Below are positions 1 to 13,435 of a stretch of DNA of 64,000 nt, one piece after another; positions within the stretch are counted from its first letter, which is position 1; the number at the start of each line of letters is the position of its first letter. The translations under genes were made by a program, and so were the position numbers. Location of the stretch: NCBI GenBank assembly GCA_964016885.1, contig OZ024748.1, forward strand, positions 42,966,001-43,030,000, read 5' to 3'. The DNA comes from Eledone cirrhosa (Eukaryota). The notes under the pieces are model-generated. The model was given only the letters and a program-made list of their open reading frames with translations, was not told the DNA's origin and did no database searches.

Positions 1-3000
1 TATCATTACTGAAGGTAAACTTAGTAAAATGACTCTTTACATATCATTACTGAAGGTAAATTTAGTAAAATGACTCTTTACATACCATTACTGAAGGTAA
101 ACTTAGTAAAATGACTCTTTACATACCATTACTGAAGGTAAACTTAGTAAAATGACTCTTTACATACCATTACTGAATGTAAACTTAGTAAAATGACTCT
201 TTACATATCATTACTGAAGGTAAACTTAGTAAAATGACTCTTTACATACCATTACTGAAGGTAAACTTAGTAAAATGACTCTTTACATATCATTACTGAA
301 GGTAAACTTAGTAAAATGACTCTTTACATACCATTACTGAAGGTAAACTTAGTAAAATGACTCTTTACATACCATTACTGAAGGTAAACTTAGTAAAATG
401 ACTCTTTACATATCATTACTGAAGGTAAACTTAGTAAAATGACTCTTTACATACCATTACTGAAGGTAAACTTAGTAAAATGACTCTTTACATATCATTA
501 CTGAAGGTAAACTTAGTAAAATGACTCTTTACATATCATTACTGAAGGTAAATTTAGTAAAATGACTCTTTACATACCATTACTGAAGGTAAACTTAGTA
601 AAATGACTCTTTACATACCATTACTGAAGGTAAACTTAGTAAAATGACTCTTTACATACCATTACTGAAGGTAAACTTAGTAAAATGACTCTTTACATAT
701 CATTACTGAAGGTAAACTTAGTAAAATGACTCTTTACATACCATTACTGAAGGTAAACTTAGTAAAATGACTCTTTACATATCATTACTGAAGGTAAACT
801 TAGTAAAATGACTCTTTACATACCATTACTGAAGGTAAACTTAGTAAAATGACTCTTTACATACCATTACTGAAGGTAAACTTAGTAAAATGACTCTTTA
901 CATATCATTACTGAAGGTAAACTTAGTAAAATGACTCTTTACATACCACTACTGAAGGTAAACTTAGTAAAATGACTCTTTACATACCATTACTGAAGGT
1001 AAACTTAGTAAAATGACTCTTTACATATCATTACTGAAGGTAAATTTAGTAAAATGACTCTTTACATACCATTACTGAAGGTAAACTTAGTAAAATGACT
1101 CTTTACATACCATTACTGAAGGTAAACTTAGTAAAATGACTCTTTACATACCATTACTGAAGGTAAACTTAGTAAAATGACTCTTTACATATCATTACTG
1201 AAGGTAAATTTAGTAAAATGACTCTTTACATACCATTACTGAAGGTAAACTTAGTAAAATGACTCTTTACATACCATTACTGAAGGTAAACTTAGTAAAA
1301 TGACTCTTTACATACCATTACTGAAGGTAAACTTAGTAAAATGACTCTTTACATATCATTACTGAAGGTAAACTTAGTAAAATGACTCTTTACATACCAT
1401 TACTGAAGGTAAACTTAGTAAAATGACTCTTTACATATCATTACTGAAGGTAAACTTAGTAAAATGACTCTTTACATACCATTACTGAAGGTAAACTTAG
1501 TAAAATGACTCTTTACATACCATTACTGAAGGTAAACTTAGTAAAATGACTCTTTACATATCATTACTGAAGGTAAACTTAGTAAAATGACTCTTTACAT
1601 ACCACTACTGAAGGTAAACTTAGTAAAATGACTCTTTACATACCATTACTGAAGGTAAACTTAGTAAAATGACTCTTTACATACCATTACTGAAGGCAAA
1701 CTTAGTAAAATGACTCTTTACATACCATTACTGAAGGTAAACTTAGTAAAATGACTCTTTACATATCATTACTGAAGGTAAACTTAGTAAAATGACTCTT
1801 TACATACCATTACTGAAGGTAAACTTAGTAAAATGACTCTTTACATACCATTACTGAAGGTAAACTTAGTAAAATGACTCTTTACATATCATTACTGAAG
1901 GTAAACTTAGTAAAATGACTCTTTACATACCATTACTGAAGGTAAACTTAGTAAAATGACTCTTTACATATCATTACTGAAGGTAAACTTAGTAAAATGA
2001 CTCTTTACATATCATTACTGAAGGTAAACTTAGTAAAATGACTCTTTACATACCATTACTGAAGGTAAACTTAGTAAAATGACTCTTTACATACCATTAC
2101 TGAAGGTAAACTTAGTAAAATGACTCTTTACATACCATTACTGAAGGTAAACTTAGTAAAATGACTCTTTACATACCATTACTGAAGGTAAACTTAGTAA
2201 AATGACTCTTTACATATCATTACTGAAGGTAAATTTAGTAAAATGACTCTTTACATACCATTACTGAAGGTAAACTTAGTAAAATGACTCTTTACATACC
2301 ATTACTGAAGGTAAACTTAGTAAAATGACTCTTTACATATCATTACTGAAGGTAAATTTAGTAAAATGACTCTTTACATACCATTACTGAAGGTAAACTT
2401 AGTAAAATGACTCTTTACATACCATTACTGAAGGTAAACTTAGTAAAATGACTCTTTACATACCATTACTGAAGGTAAACTTAGTAAAATGACTCTTTAC
2501 ATACCATTACTGAAGGTAAACTTAGTAAAATGACTCTTTACATATCATTACTGAAGGTAAATTTAGTAAAATGACTCTTTACATACCATTACTGAAGGTA
2601 AACTTAGTAAAATGACTCTTTACATACCATTACTGAAGGTAAACTTAGTAAAATGACTCTTTACATATCATTACTGAAGGTAAACTTAGTAAAATGACTC
2701 TTTACATACCATTACTGAAGGTAAACTTAGTAAAATGACTCTTTACATACCATTACTGAAGGTAAACTTAGTAAAATGACTCTTTACATATCATTACTGA
2801 AGGTAAACTTAGTAAAATGACTCTTTACATACCATTACTGAAGGTAAACTTAGTAAAATGACTCTTTACATACCATTACTGAAGGTAAACTTAGTAAAAT
2901 GACTCTTTACATACCATTACTGAAGGTAAACTTAGTAAAATGACTCTTTACATACCATTACTGAAGGTAAACTTAGTAAAATGACTCTTTACATATCATT

Positions 3001-4133
3001 ACTGAAGGTAAATTTAGTAAAATGACTCTTTACATACCATTACTGAAGGTAAACTTAGTAAAATGACTCTTTACATACCATTACTGAAGGTAAACTTAGT
3101 AAAATGACTCTTTACATATCATTACTGAAGGTAAATTTAGTAAAATGACTCTTTACATACCATTACTGAAGGTAAACTTAGTAAAATGACTCTTTACATA
3201 CCATTACTGAAGGTAAACTTAGTAAAATGACTCTTTACATACCATTACTGAAGGTAAACTTAGTAAAATGACTCTTTACATACCATTACTGAAGGTAAAC
3301 TTAGTAAAATGACTCTTTACATATCATTACTGAAGGTAAATTTAGTAAAATGACTCTTTACATACCATTACTGAAGGTAAACTTAGTAAAATGACTCTTT
3401 ACATACCATTACTGAAGGTAAACTTAGTAAAATGACTCTTTACATATCATTACTGAAGGTAAACTTAGTAAAATGACTCTTTACATACCATTACTGAAGG
3501 TAAACTTAGTAAAATGACTCTTTACATACCATTACTGAAGGTAAACTTAGTAAAATGACTCTTTACATATCATTACTGAAGGTAAACTTAGTAAAATGAC
3601 TCTTTACATACCATTACTGAAGGTAAACTTAGTAAAATGACTCTTTACATACCATTACTGAAGGTAAACTTAGTAAAATGACTCTTTACATACCATTACT
3701 GAAGGTAAACTTAGTAAAATGACTCTTTACATACCATTACTGAAGGTAAACTTAGTAAAATGACTCTTTACATATCATTACTGAAGGTAAATTTAGTAAA
3801 ATGACTCTTTACATACCATTACTGAAGGTAAACTTAGTAAAATGACTCTTTACATACCATTACTGAAGGTAAACTTAGTAAAATGACTCTTTACATATCA
3901 TTACTGAAGGTAAACTTAGTAAAATGACTCTTTACATACCATTACTGAAGGTAAACTTAGTAAAATGACTCTTTACATACCATTACTGAAGGTAAACTTA
4001 GTAAAATGACTCTTTACATATCATTACTGAAGGTAAACTTAGTAAAATGACTCTTTACATACCATTACTGAAGGTAAACTTAGTAAAATGACTCTTTACA
4101 TACCATTACTGAAGGTAAACTTAGTAAAATGAC
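1..4133. repeat. 41-bp tandem satellite, about 100 copies, runs off the window start
   Basis: Unit TAYCATTACTGAAGGTAAAYTTAGTAAAATGACTCTTTACA repeated almost perfectly. Confidence 0.98.
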
Positions 4134-4347
4134 TTCTCCTTCTCTGTAGAGAGATTGAAGAGAGACTGGCTAGTGTGAGAGACAATGTAGAGAGAGATAA
4201 GAGACTGGCTGGAGTGAGAAAGATAAGGAGGAGGAGGAAGAGAGACTGGCTAGAGTGAGAAAGATGGAGGAGACGAGGAGGAGGATGAATGGGTTTGCCA
4301 GCCAACAGTCCTTGCTGTTCTAGTAACCTTCTAAAGTTGTTCTAGTC

Positions 4348-7300
4348 CAGTGATTCTCAACCAGTGTGCCACGGCACACTAAGAAAATGCCTATGACTAG
4401 TCTGTGTCTACAGTTGTATGCCGCCTATGACTTGTCTGTGACTACAGTTGTATGCCGTCTATGACTTGTCTCTGTCTACAGTTGTATACCGTCTATGACT
4501 TGTCTGTGTCTACAGTTGTATACCGTCTATGACTTGTCTGTGTCTACAGTTGTATGCCGTCTATGACTTGTTTGTCTCTACAGTTGTATGCCGTCTATGA
4601 CTTGTCTGTGTCTACAGTTGTATACCGTCTATGACTTGTCTGACTACAGTTGTATACCGTCTATGACTTGTTTGTCTCTACAGTTGTATGCCGTCTATGA
4701 CTTGTCTGTGTCTACAGTTGTATGCCGTCTATGACTTGTCTGTGTCTACAGTTGTATACCGTCTATGACTTGTCTGTGTCTACATTTGTATGCCGTTTAT
4801 GACTTGTCTGTGACTACAGTTGTATGCCGCCTATGACTTGTCTGTCTCTACAGTTGTATGCCGTCTATGACTTGTCTGTGTCTACAGTTGTATACCGTCT
4901 ATGACTTGTCTGACTACAGTTGTATACCGTCTATGACTTGTCTGTGTCTACAGTTGTATACCGCCTATGACTTGTCTGTGTCTACAGTTGTATGCCGTCT
5001 ATGACTTGTCTGTGACTACAGTTGTATGCCGCCTATGACTTGTCTGTGTCTACAGTTGTATACCGCCTATGACTTGTCTGTGTCTACAGTTGTATACCGT
5101 CTATGACTTGTCTGTGACTACAGTTGTATACCGTCTATGACTTGTCTGTGACTACAGTTGTATACCATCTATGACTTGTCTGTAACTACAGTTGTATGCC
5201 GCCTATGACTTGTCTGTGACTACAGTTGTATACCGTCTATGACTTGTCTGTGACTACAGTTGTATACCATCTATGACTAGTCTGTGACTACAGTTGTATA
5301 CCGTCTATGACTTGTCTGTGACTACAGTTGTATGCCGTCTATGACTTGTCTGTGACTACAGTTGTATGCCGTCTATGACTTGTCTGTGACTACAGTTGTA
5401 TGCCGTCTATGACTAGTCTGTGTCTACAGTTGTATGCCGTCTATGACTTGTCTGTGACTACAGTTGTATGCCGCCTATGACTTGTCTGTGACTACAGTTG
5501 TATACCATCTATGACTTGTCTGTGACTACAGTTGCATGCCGCCTATGACTTGTCTGTGTCTACAGTTGTATACCATCTATGACTTGTCTGTGTCTACAGT
5601 TGTATACCGTCTATGACTTGTCTGTGACTACAGTTGTATACCGTCTATGACTTGTCTGTGACTACAGTTGTATACCGTCTATGACTTGTCTGTAACTACA
5701 GTTGTATACCGTCTATGACTTGTCTGTGACTACAGTTGTATACCATCTATGACTTGTCTGTGTCTACAGTTGTATACCGTCTATGACTTGTCTGTGACTA
5801 CAGTTGTATGCCGTCTATGACTTGTCTGTGACTACAGTTGTATGCCGTCTATGACTTGTCTGTGACTACAGTTGTATACCGCCTATGACTAGTCTGTGTC
5901 TACAGTTGTATGCCGTCTATGACTTGTCTGTGTCTACAGTTGTATACCGCCTATGACTTGTCTGTGACTACAGTTGTATACCGTCTATGACTTGTCTGTG
6001 TCTACAGTTGTATACCGCCTATGACTTGTCTGTGTCTACAGTTGTATGCCGTCTATGACTTGTCTGTGACTACAGTTGTATGCCGTCTATGACTTGTCTG
6101 TGACTACAGTTGTATGCCGTCTATGACTTGTCTGTAACTACAGTTGTATACCGTCTATGACTTGTCTGTGTACAGTTGTATACCGCCTATGACTTGTCTG
6201 TGTCTACAGTTGTATGCCGTCTATGACTTGTCTGTGACTACAGTTGTATACCGTCTATGACTTGTCTGTGACTACAGTTGTATGCCGTCTATGACTTGTC
6301 TGTGACTACAGTTGTATGCCGTCTATGACTTGTCTGTGACTACAGTTGTATGCCGTCTATGACTTGTCTGTGACTACAGTTGTATGCCGTCTATGACTTG
6401 TCTGTGACTACAGTTGTATACCGTCTATGACTTGTCTGTGACTACAGTTGTATGCCACCTATGACTAGTCTGTGTCTACAGTTGTATGCCGTCTATGACT
6501 TGTCTGTGTCTACAGTTGTATGCCGTCTATGACTTGTCTGTGTCTACAGTTGTATGCCGTCTATGACTTGTCTGTAACTACAGTTGTATACCGTCTATGA
6601 CTTGTCTGTGTCTACAGTTGTATGCCGTCTATGACTTGTCTGTGTCTACAGTTGTATACCGTCTATGACTTGTCTGTGTCTACAGTTGTATGCCGCCTAT
6701 GACTTGTCTGTGTCTACAGATTGTCTACAGTTGTATGCCGTCTATGACTAGTCTGTGTCTACAGTTGTATGCCGCCTATGACTTGTCTGCGTCTATAGTT
6801 GTATGCCGCCTATGACTTGTCTGCGTCTACAGTTGTATACCGTCTATGACTTGTCTGTGTCTACCGTCTATGGTCTTGTCTGTGTCTACAGTTGTATGCC
6901 GCCTATGACTAGTCTGTGTCTACAGTTGTATACCGTCTATGACTTGTCTGTGTCTACAGTTGTATACCGTCTATGACTTGTCTGTGACTACAGTTGTATA
7001 CCGTCTATGACTTGTCTGTGTCTACAGTTCTATGCCGCCTATGACTAGTCTGTGTCTACAGTTGTATACCGTCTATGACTTGTCTGTGTCTACAGTTGTA
7101 TACCGTCTATGACTTGTCTGTGTCTACAGTTGTATACCGTCTATGACTTGTCTGTGACTACAGTTGTATACCGTCTATGACTTGTCTGTGTCTACAGTTG
7201 TATGCCGCCTATGACTAGTCTGTGTCTACAGTTGTATACCGTCTATGACTTGTCTGTGTCTACAGTTGTATACCGTCTATGACTTGTCTGTGTCTACAGT

Positions 7301-7742
7301 TGTATACCGTCTATGACTTGTCTGTGTCTACAGTTGTATACCGTCTATGACTTGTCTGTGACTACAGTTGTATACCGTCTATGACTTGTCTGTGTCTACA
7401 GTTGTATACCGCCTATGACTTGTCTGTGTCTACAGTTGTATGCCGCCTATGACTAGTCTGTGTCTACAGTTGTATACCGTCTATGACTTGTCTGTGTCTA
7501 CAGTTGTATGCCGCCTATGACTAGTCTGTGTCTACAGTTGTATACCGTCTATGACTTGTCTGTGTCTACAGTTGTATGCCGTCTATGACTTGTCTGTGTC
7601 TACAGTTGTATACTGACTATGACTTGCCATGTTTTTATTTTGTAAAATTCAGATATTTTCCATATATATTTAGCCAGGTGTGCCGCTATTTGTTCATGTG
7701 TTCCAAGGTGAGCCATTGGCAGAAAAAGGTTGAGAACAACTG
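4348..7742. mobile_element. Non-autonomous hAT (Charlie/Buster-like) element enclosing a satellite
   Basis: TIRs CAGTGATTCTCAACC (4348) and GGTTGAGAACAACTG (ends 7742). The 8-bp flanks TTCTAGTC and GTCTAGTC match at 7/8 and resemble the nTCTAGan target of Charlie/Buster hATs. Confidence 0.8.
4391..7625. repeat. 34-bp tandem satellite, about 95 copies
   Basis: Unit CTATGACTTGTCTGTGWCTACAGTTGTATRCCGY. Confidence 0.97.
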
Positions 7743-9064
7743 GTCTAGTCAGTCACTCTCAGTTAGCAATACCAATTACTTGGACCTCTATCATAATGTT
7801 CTTATTCCCATTATGATAATGCTCTCTCATTAATAACTCTGAATAATTAGCTGCTCTGTGACTTCGTTAACAACCCACAGCTGCTGCTATTAATTAGAGA
7901 TACCTTCCTATCATTTCCAAGCTGTTATTGCTTTTCTTTTTGGTTTTTGTTCTTTTCTTCTTTAAATCCTCTGTTTTTCTTTCATTCCCTTCCTTTTACT
8001 TTCATTCTTTCTATTGTTTTCTCCCCCCCCCTCTTCTATATTAATTATTTTCCTTTAGTTATCTGATGTAAAACAAATATTTATATTTATCTGACCTGTC
8101 AGTGAGAACAGGCTCTGTGGGTCTCCACTTTTAAATCTATAATAAACCAGTGAAGACAAATGTAAACAATACATTTTCTTGTCTTTATCTCATGTATTAT
8201 ATACCCTGGCCCTGATGTTTTATATACCCTGGTCTTTATCTCATGTATTATGTATCCTGGTCTTATTCTATATCATCTCTATCTCATGTATCATATACCC
8301 TGGCCTTACTCTATATCATTGATGCAATGACGTTGTTGTTTTTATAAGTTTGTGTAGTTCTGACCAATATTTTACTGTCCTTCAACACAGCAATCGTGTG
8401 TAGTTCTGTCCAGTATTTTACTGTCCTTCAGCAGTGTACACTGGGGTGTAGCTATGTCCGGCTGGGTATGATAATGGTTTTAAACTCAAAAAAATTTATT
8501 TTAAAAAAAGAAAAAAGAAAATCTCTCATTTTAAAGCAAATGGAAATGTTTATTTTAATATAAACATTTGTTAATATTTTCCCCATAAGGCAGTGCCTGA
8601 GCAGCACAACTGTTAAATAACTAAAACCAGTAAAAGAATGAGGAAATATTAGTTTTTAGTCGGATGGAGAAGGGGGAGGGGCTTATAAAAACAAATCAAA
8701 ACAAAACAAAAAGAAATCCAGATTTTGGAAATTATAAAAATATTGATGTCGGCATTATTTTTTTTATTATAATTTATCTTTTAAAAACTAATTGCTGCGG
8801 TGTATGGGAGGTTTCCATAGTATATTGTGTTAAACTAATCTATCATCCATAACTAACAACCAGACATACTCTCTCTCCCCTCTCTCTCACTCTCTCCCCC
8901 TCTCCCTTTTCTTCCTATCTCTCACGCCCCCCCCCCCTCTCTTCATGGTGATAGTAGTTCTCCAATTTGTTTCAACTGAGTTGTCAAAGTTGTGTCTCCT
9001 CAACCAATAACTAGGTTGTGTTACCTGCTCTGGATATATGTTAACTATTAGCTCTGTCATATTT

Positions 9065-9530
9065 ACTACACCGAAGAAGATGGATTTACACGCACATTCA
9101 CACATTAGTTTCTCTATATTAACAGTAACCCTGTCTTGTAGGGGTTTTAAACCTTTACATTAGTTCTCTATATTATTAACAACAACCCTATCTAGCAGGG
9201 CTTTTAAACCCTTACTATACCGAAGATGGATTTACATACATTCACACATTAGTTTCTCTATATTAACAGTAACCCTGTCTAGCAGGGGTTTTAAACTCTT
9301 ACTATACCAAAGATGGATTTACAAACTTTCTGATTTAGTTCCCTACATCAACAACAACCCTGTCTTGCAGAGGTTTTAAACTGAAGATGGATTTACAAAC
9401 ACTCCTACATTAGTTTCTATGTTGTTATGAACAACCGTCTTGGAGGGGTTTTAAACTGATGATGGATTTACAAACACTCACACATCTCTATATTAACAAC
9501 AACCCTGTCTTGTAGGGGTTTTAAATACAC
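9065..9530. repeat. Degenerate minisatellite
   Basis: Recurring GAAGATGGATTTACA...ATTAACAACAACCCTGTCTTGTAGGGGTTTTAAA blocks. Confidence 0.75.
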
Positions 9531-9864
9531 TCCGACTGTGGTATGCAGGATCCAATCTAAATCTTTCTGTCATTATGAAGATAGAAATTATGTTAAGAAA
9601 CTAAACCTTTGTTGGAATTATTATCTTTCTATCTATCTATTTATTTATCTACACACACATATATATGTAAAAGGTAAACAGAAATAACAAAGCAACCGAT
9701 ACAGTACGTTGATATATACATACATACACTTATATACACACACATATATATATATATGTATTATAAAGTAAAATGACAGGAGGCCGGACAAGTTTAATTC
9801 CCTTAATTATTTATTCCTGCAAAACTATGCACCTTTCTACCCAATGGTAAACCACCGAATTTAA

Positions 9865-9906
<42 letters not shown>

Positions 9907-10051
9907 AAAACCCATTGAAGCTATTGAAATATAAAGAGGCAGAGGAAAGAATGCAGACAGTGGAAAGATTAAGAAGAAGAAGAAGAAGATTTAGTGGGAA
10001 GACAGGAATGGTGTCTTTAAGTTATAGATAACGTGGAATGTATCATTATGT

Positions 10052-10223
10052 ATGATGGAACCAGGGGAGCTATGGTCTTCTCCCCTCATGAACTATAAAT
10101 CACCTTTTGAAGATTTCGAAGATCTTTATAGAAACATTGAACAAATTAAAGATGTTGTTGATGTTGATGATGATGATGTTGTTGTTGATGATGATGATGA
10201 TGATGAATATCCACCAGTATTTT
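10052..10223 (+). CDS. CLASP: Candidate alternative first coding exon of CLASP (acidic 57-aa N-terminus)
   Basis: ATG at 10052 after an in-frame TAG (10025). Reads MMEPGELWSSPLMNYKSPFEDFEDLYRNIEQIKDVVDVDDDDVVVDDDDDDEYPPVF and ends at a consensus GTAAGT donor in phase 1, compatible with the 37659 exon. Confidence 0.5.
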
Positions 10224-10315
10224 GTAAGTAAACATCAGCTTTAATATAGACTTGGGGGGATTTTTGGGGGGTAGGGTGAGGGGTCAAGTTCTTCATTTTC
10301 CCCTTTTTTTATATA

Positions 10316-10520
10316 TTGGCAGTAATCGGTAGAGCCTCGGACACCCTGCTTTGCTGCATGGAGTTGCGACCCTTTACGTATGAGTTCAAATTCCACCAAG
10401 GCCAACTTTGTCTTTCATCCTTACTGGGTTGATAAAATAAAGTACCAGAAATGTACTGGGGTAGATTTAATCAACTTTCCCCTAAATTGTTGGCCTTGTG
10501 CCTAAATCAGAAACCATTAA
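10316..10520 (+). mobile_element. tRNA-derived SINE, family B (diverged copy)
   Basis: TGGCAGTAATCGGTAGAG A-box, GAGTTCAAATTCC B-box and TTTCATCCTT...GATAAAATAAAGTACCAG body shared with the 53851, 57436 and 63185 copies. Confidence 0.8.
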
Positions 10521-11057
10521 TATATTTACGGATGGGGGGAGGGAGGGAGGGTTTAAGGTCTTCACCTCCCTCCCTCCTACGGGTGATTTTTTTTTTTTTT
10601 ATTTTTTTTTATTTTTTTTTATTTTTTTTTTTTTATATATATTTATATATTTTATATTTTTGTCATTTCAATCAGTTCCTACTTGTTGGATAATGTTTTG
10701 ACAAACTATGATTTTTGGTTTTAGAAAATATCAACAATATATGAGGGGATGTGGTTGTTTGAAACTTTAATATAAATAAACCTGATCTTTCATCAACAAT
10801 ATATACTTAAAGGTTAGATGTATACATGTTTGATTTAGGCTTAGTCTTATAATAGATATTTCTTGTCTACTACTATTACAATTACATCTACTACTATTAC
10901 TACTGTTACTACTACTACTACTACTGCTACTACTACTAAATATCCCTACAGATGGAGAATATTTCTTCAGCTTGGTTATTAATATAAATAGTTTCTTAGT
11001 TTCTTTCTTTCTATTGGTGAGGAATTTGGTGGGTAATTTTAATTCCATAAATGATAT

Positions 11058-11275
11058 TTACCATATTTCTAATGAAAGACACTGTCTATGTCTTTAACCC
11101 TTTCATTGCCATATTTCTAATGAAAGACACTATCTATATCTTTAACCCTTTCATTGCCATATTTCTAATGAAAGACACTGTCTATGTCTTTAACCCTTTC
11201 ATTACCATATTTCTAATGAAAGACACTGTCTATGTCATTAACCCTTTCATTACCATATTTCTAAAGGAAACACTG
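11058..11275. repeat. 48-bp minisatellite, about 4.5 copies
   Basis: Unit TTAACCCTTTCATTRCCATATTTCTAATGAAAGACACTGTCTATGTCT, starting with a TTAA-CCC motif like a piggyBac MITE end. Confidence 0.85.
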
Positions 11276-11777
11276 CCTCTGATTTTAAAATTATTTTCAA
11301 AATATCGAGAATTTAGAGAGATTTAGTCATGTAACTGACGGTAGTGGTGATGGTGGTGCCACAAAAAAAAAAAGAAAAAACAAAAGCACACACTACACCC
11401 TGTAAGATCTTTGGCTTTAGGAAGGTCAACCAGCTGTTGAAACCATGCCAAATATGGACAGTGTGATAAGATCACTCTGATTAATCTGATCTGTGACCAT
11501 GACAACCTGTCCAGCCAATACCAGCATGGAAAGTGGACATAAAATGACGATGATGATGATAGCATAGACTTCTACATGTTTACTTCATTAACTATAATAT
11601 TTCTTTCATGATGGTTTATAATATGTTTACCCCATGTTTATCATCTCCTCTGTCCTGCTACTGAGCACAATCAATAAGATTCCAGACCTCACTTACCAAG
11701 TGGAGTGGCACTCATCAAATCAGATCTAGGAAAACTGTGTTTCTATTGGTTTATCCAATGTTGATACTATTTACTGG

Positions 11778-12195
11778 TCACAACTCCTGGCAGAAGGAGC
11801 AACATGAAATAAAGTGTCTTGCTCAAGGACACAACTCCTGGCTGAAAGAGCAACATGAAATAAAGTGTCTTGCTCAAGGACACAACTCCTGGCTGAAAGA
11901 GCAACATGAAATAAAGTGTCTTGCTCAAGGACACAACTCCTGGCTGAAAGAGCAACATGAAATAAAGTGTCTTGCTCAAGGACACAACTCCTGGCTGAAA
12001 GAGCAACATGAAATAAAGTGTCTTGCTCAAGGACACAACTCCTGGCTGAAAGAGCAACATGAAATAAAGTGTCTTGCTCAAGGACACAACTCCTGGCTGA
12101 AAGAGCAACATGAAATAAAGTGTCTTGCTCAAGGACACAACTCCTGGCTGAAAGAGCAACATGAAATAAAGTGTCTTGCTCAAGGACACAACTCC
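11778..12195 (-). repeat. 51-bp minisatellite (8 copies) derived from the SINE CORE-like segment
   Basis: The unit contains TGAAATAAAGTGTCTTGCTCAAGGA, the reverse complement of TCCTTGAGCAAGACACTTTATTTCA in the SINE at 29628. Confidence 0.9.
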
Positions 12196-12401
12196 TCACC
12201 CGGCCCGAGAATCAATCTCACAACCTCATGATTGTCCTCTGCTCTTCTCTTGAACATCACATGGAAAAAATCTTGTCTAGGCCTGCTCCTTGGGGAGGAA
12301 GTTTCCAGGTGTAGATACTCAGGCTGTTTATTACAGTTGACAAAGGCCATTCAGATAGGTGTGTGTGTGTGTTATTATGTGTCCCTGAACTCTTCTATTC
12401 C

Positions 12402-12660
12402 TTAACCTTTTAGCATTTAAACAGGCTGTATCCGGCCAGAATTCTCTCATTTAATTCTGTTCAAACTGGCCTTAACCGGCTGTTCATACTTATGTTAAGG
12501 TATTGTTCTCAAAATAAATAGTATCAAAACCTCATAGATTCAATATATTATGTGAGGTAAAGCCTTTACTGTGAAAATACAATAGTAAATATAGAGTAAT
12601 GTAAATGTTATGTGAGGTAAAGCCTTTACTGTGAAAATACAATAGTAAATATAGAGTAAT
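12402..12660. mobile_element. piggyBac-like MITE, partial, with an internal 60-bp duplication
   Basis: Similar to the 14445-14659 and 48539-48758 copies. The right end is missing. Confidence 0.65.
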
Positions 12661-12966
12661 ACAATGACTTAACTTTTAAGCTACTCTTCGCTGCGGTCAA
12701 ACCAACGAGGTTAAGTGAATGGTTGTCACAGTTAACAAATATCGCCTTTGCCCCCCCAGTTACGCCACTGGTTATATATATATATCTATCAAAATTAGAC
12801 ATAGAAACTAATCGAGGAGGAGAGGTAAGAGATCTGTTATGAGAATTATATGCCAGTGGGGAAGGGGACAGTGTGCTCAATGTGTATCAGATGCAAGGCA
12901 TGCGAACAATGTAAGCCAGAGAAATATTTATAAGTAGGACCGAGGTGTAAAACATCATTGTTTATT

Positions 12967-13058
12967 CACATGTGACGTGTATTTCGTGATTAATCAGTTG
13001 AAGCTACAATCAGTATTGATCACACTTGACTCTGGAATCAATAGTTCTTCAGACTTGT
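12967..13058 (-). ncRNA. Hammerhead ribozyme-like motif with long stem II, in a dispersed repeat (relatives near 13980, 19000, 47350)
   Basis: Minus strand reads ACAAGU CUGAAGA ...~60 nt... GAAA UACAC GUC ACAUGU. Stem I pairs 5 of 6. Confidence 0.5.
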
Positions 13059-13087
13059 GGTTTCCTTAATCACAGCAGATATCTATT

Positions 13088-13350
13088 TCATCATCATACG
13101 TCCGCTTTTCCCTGCTTGCAAGGGTGGGACGGGTCCTCTTCAGCACAGCATCTCTCCATTTGTCACGGTCCTTCATCATCTCCTCCGTGACCTGAGGTCA
13201 GCTCTCACCTCCTCGACCTATGTTTTTTGTGGTCTTCCTCTACTGTGTCTTCTACTGGGATTTCTTGGCACTTCTTCACCCAGCGGTCATCATCCATGTG
13301 TATCATGTATATACACACACACGTTTGGACTTCTGCCCATTTCTCAGGCA
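13088..13350 (-). mobile_element. RTE LINE 3' fragment
   Basis: Minus strand encodes MDDDRWVKKCQEIPVE and ends in the CCCTTGCAAGCAGGGAAAAGCGGACGT(ATG)n tail shared with the 30-33 kb LINE. Confidence 0.8.
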
Positions 13351-13392
13351 TAAAATAAGGGGCCGGCTTATATAGTGTATGTGTGTGTATGC

Positions 13393-13435
<43 letters not shown>

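Noticed and set aside
1-7625. CRISPR-like arrays
   Set aside because: Units are contiguous with no unique spacers, there are no cas genes, and the context is eukaryotic.
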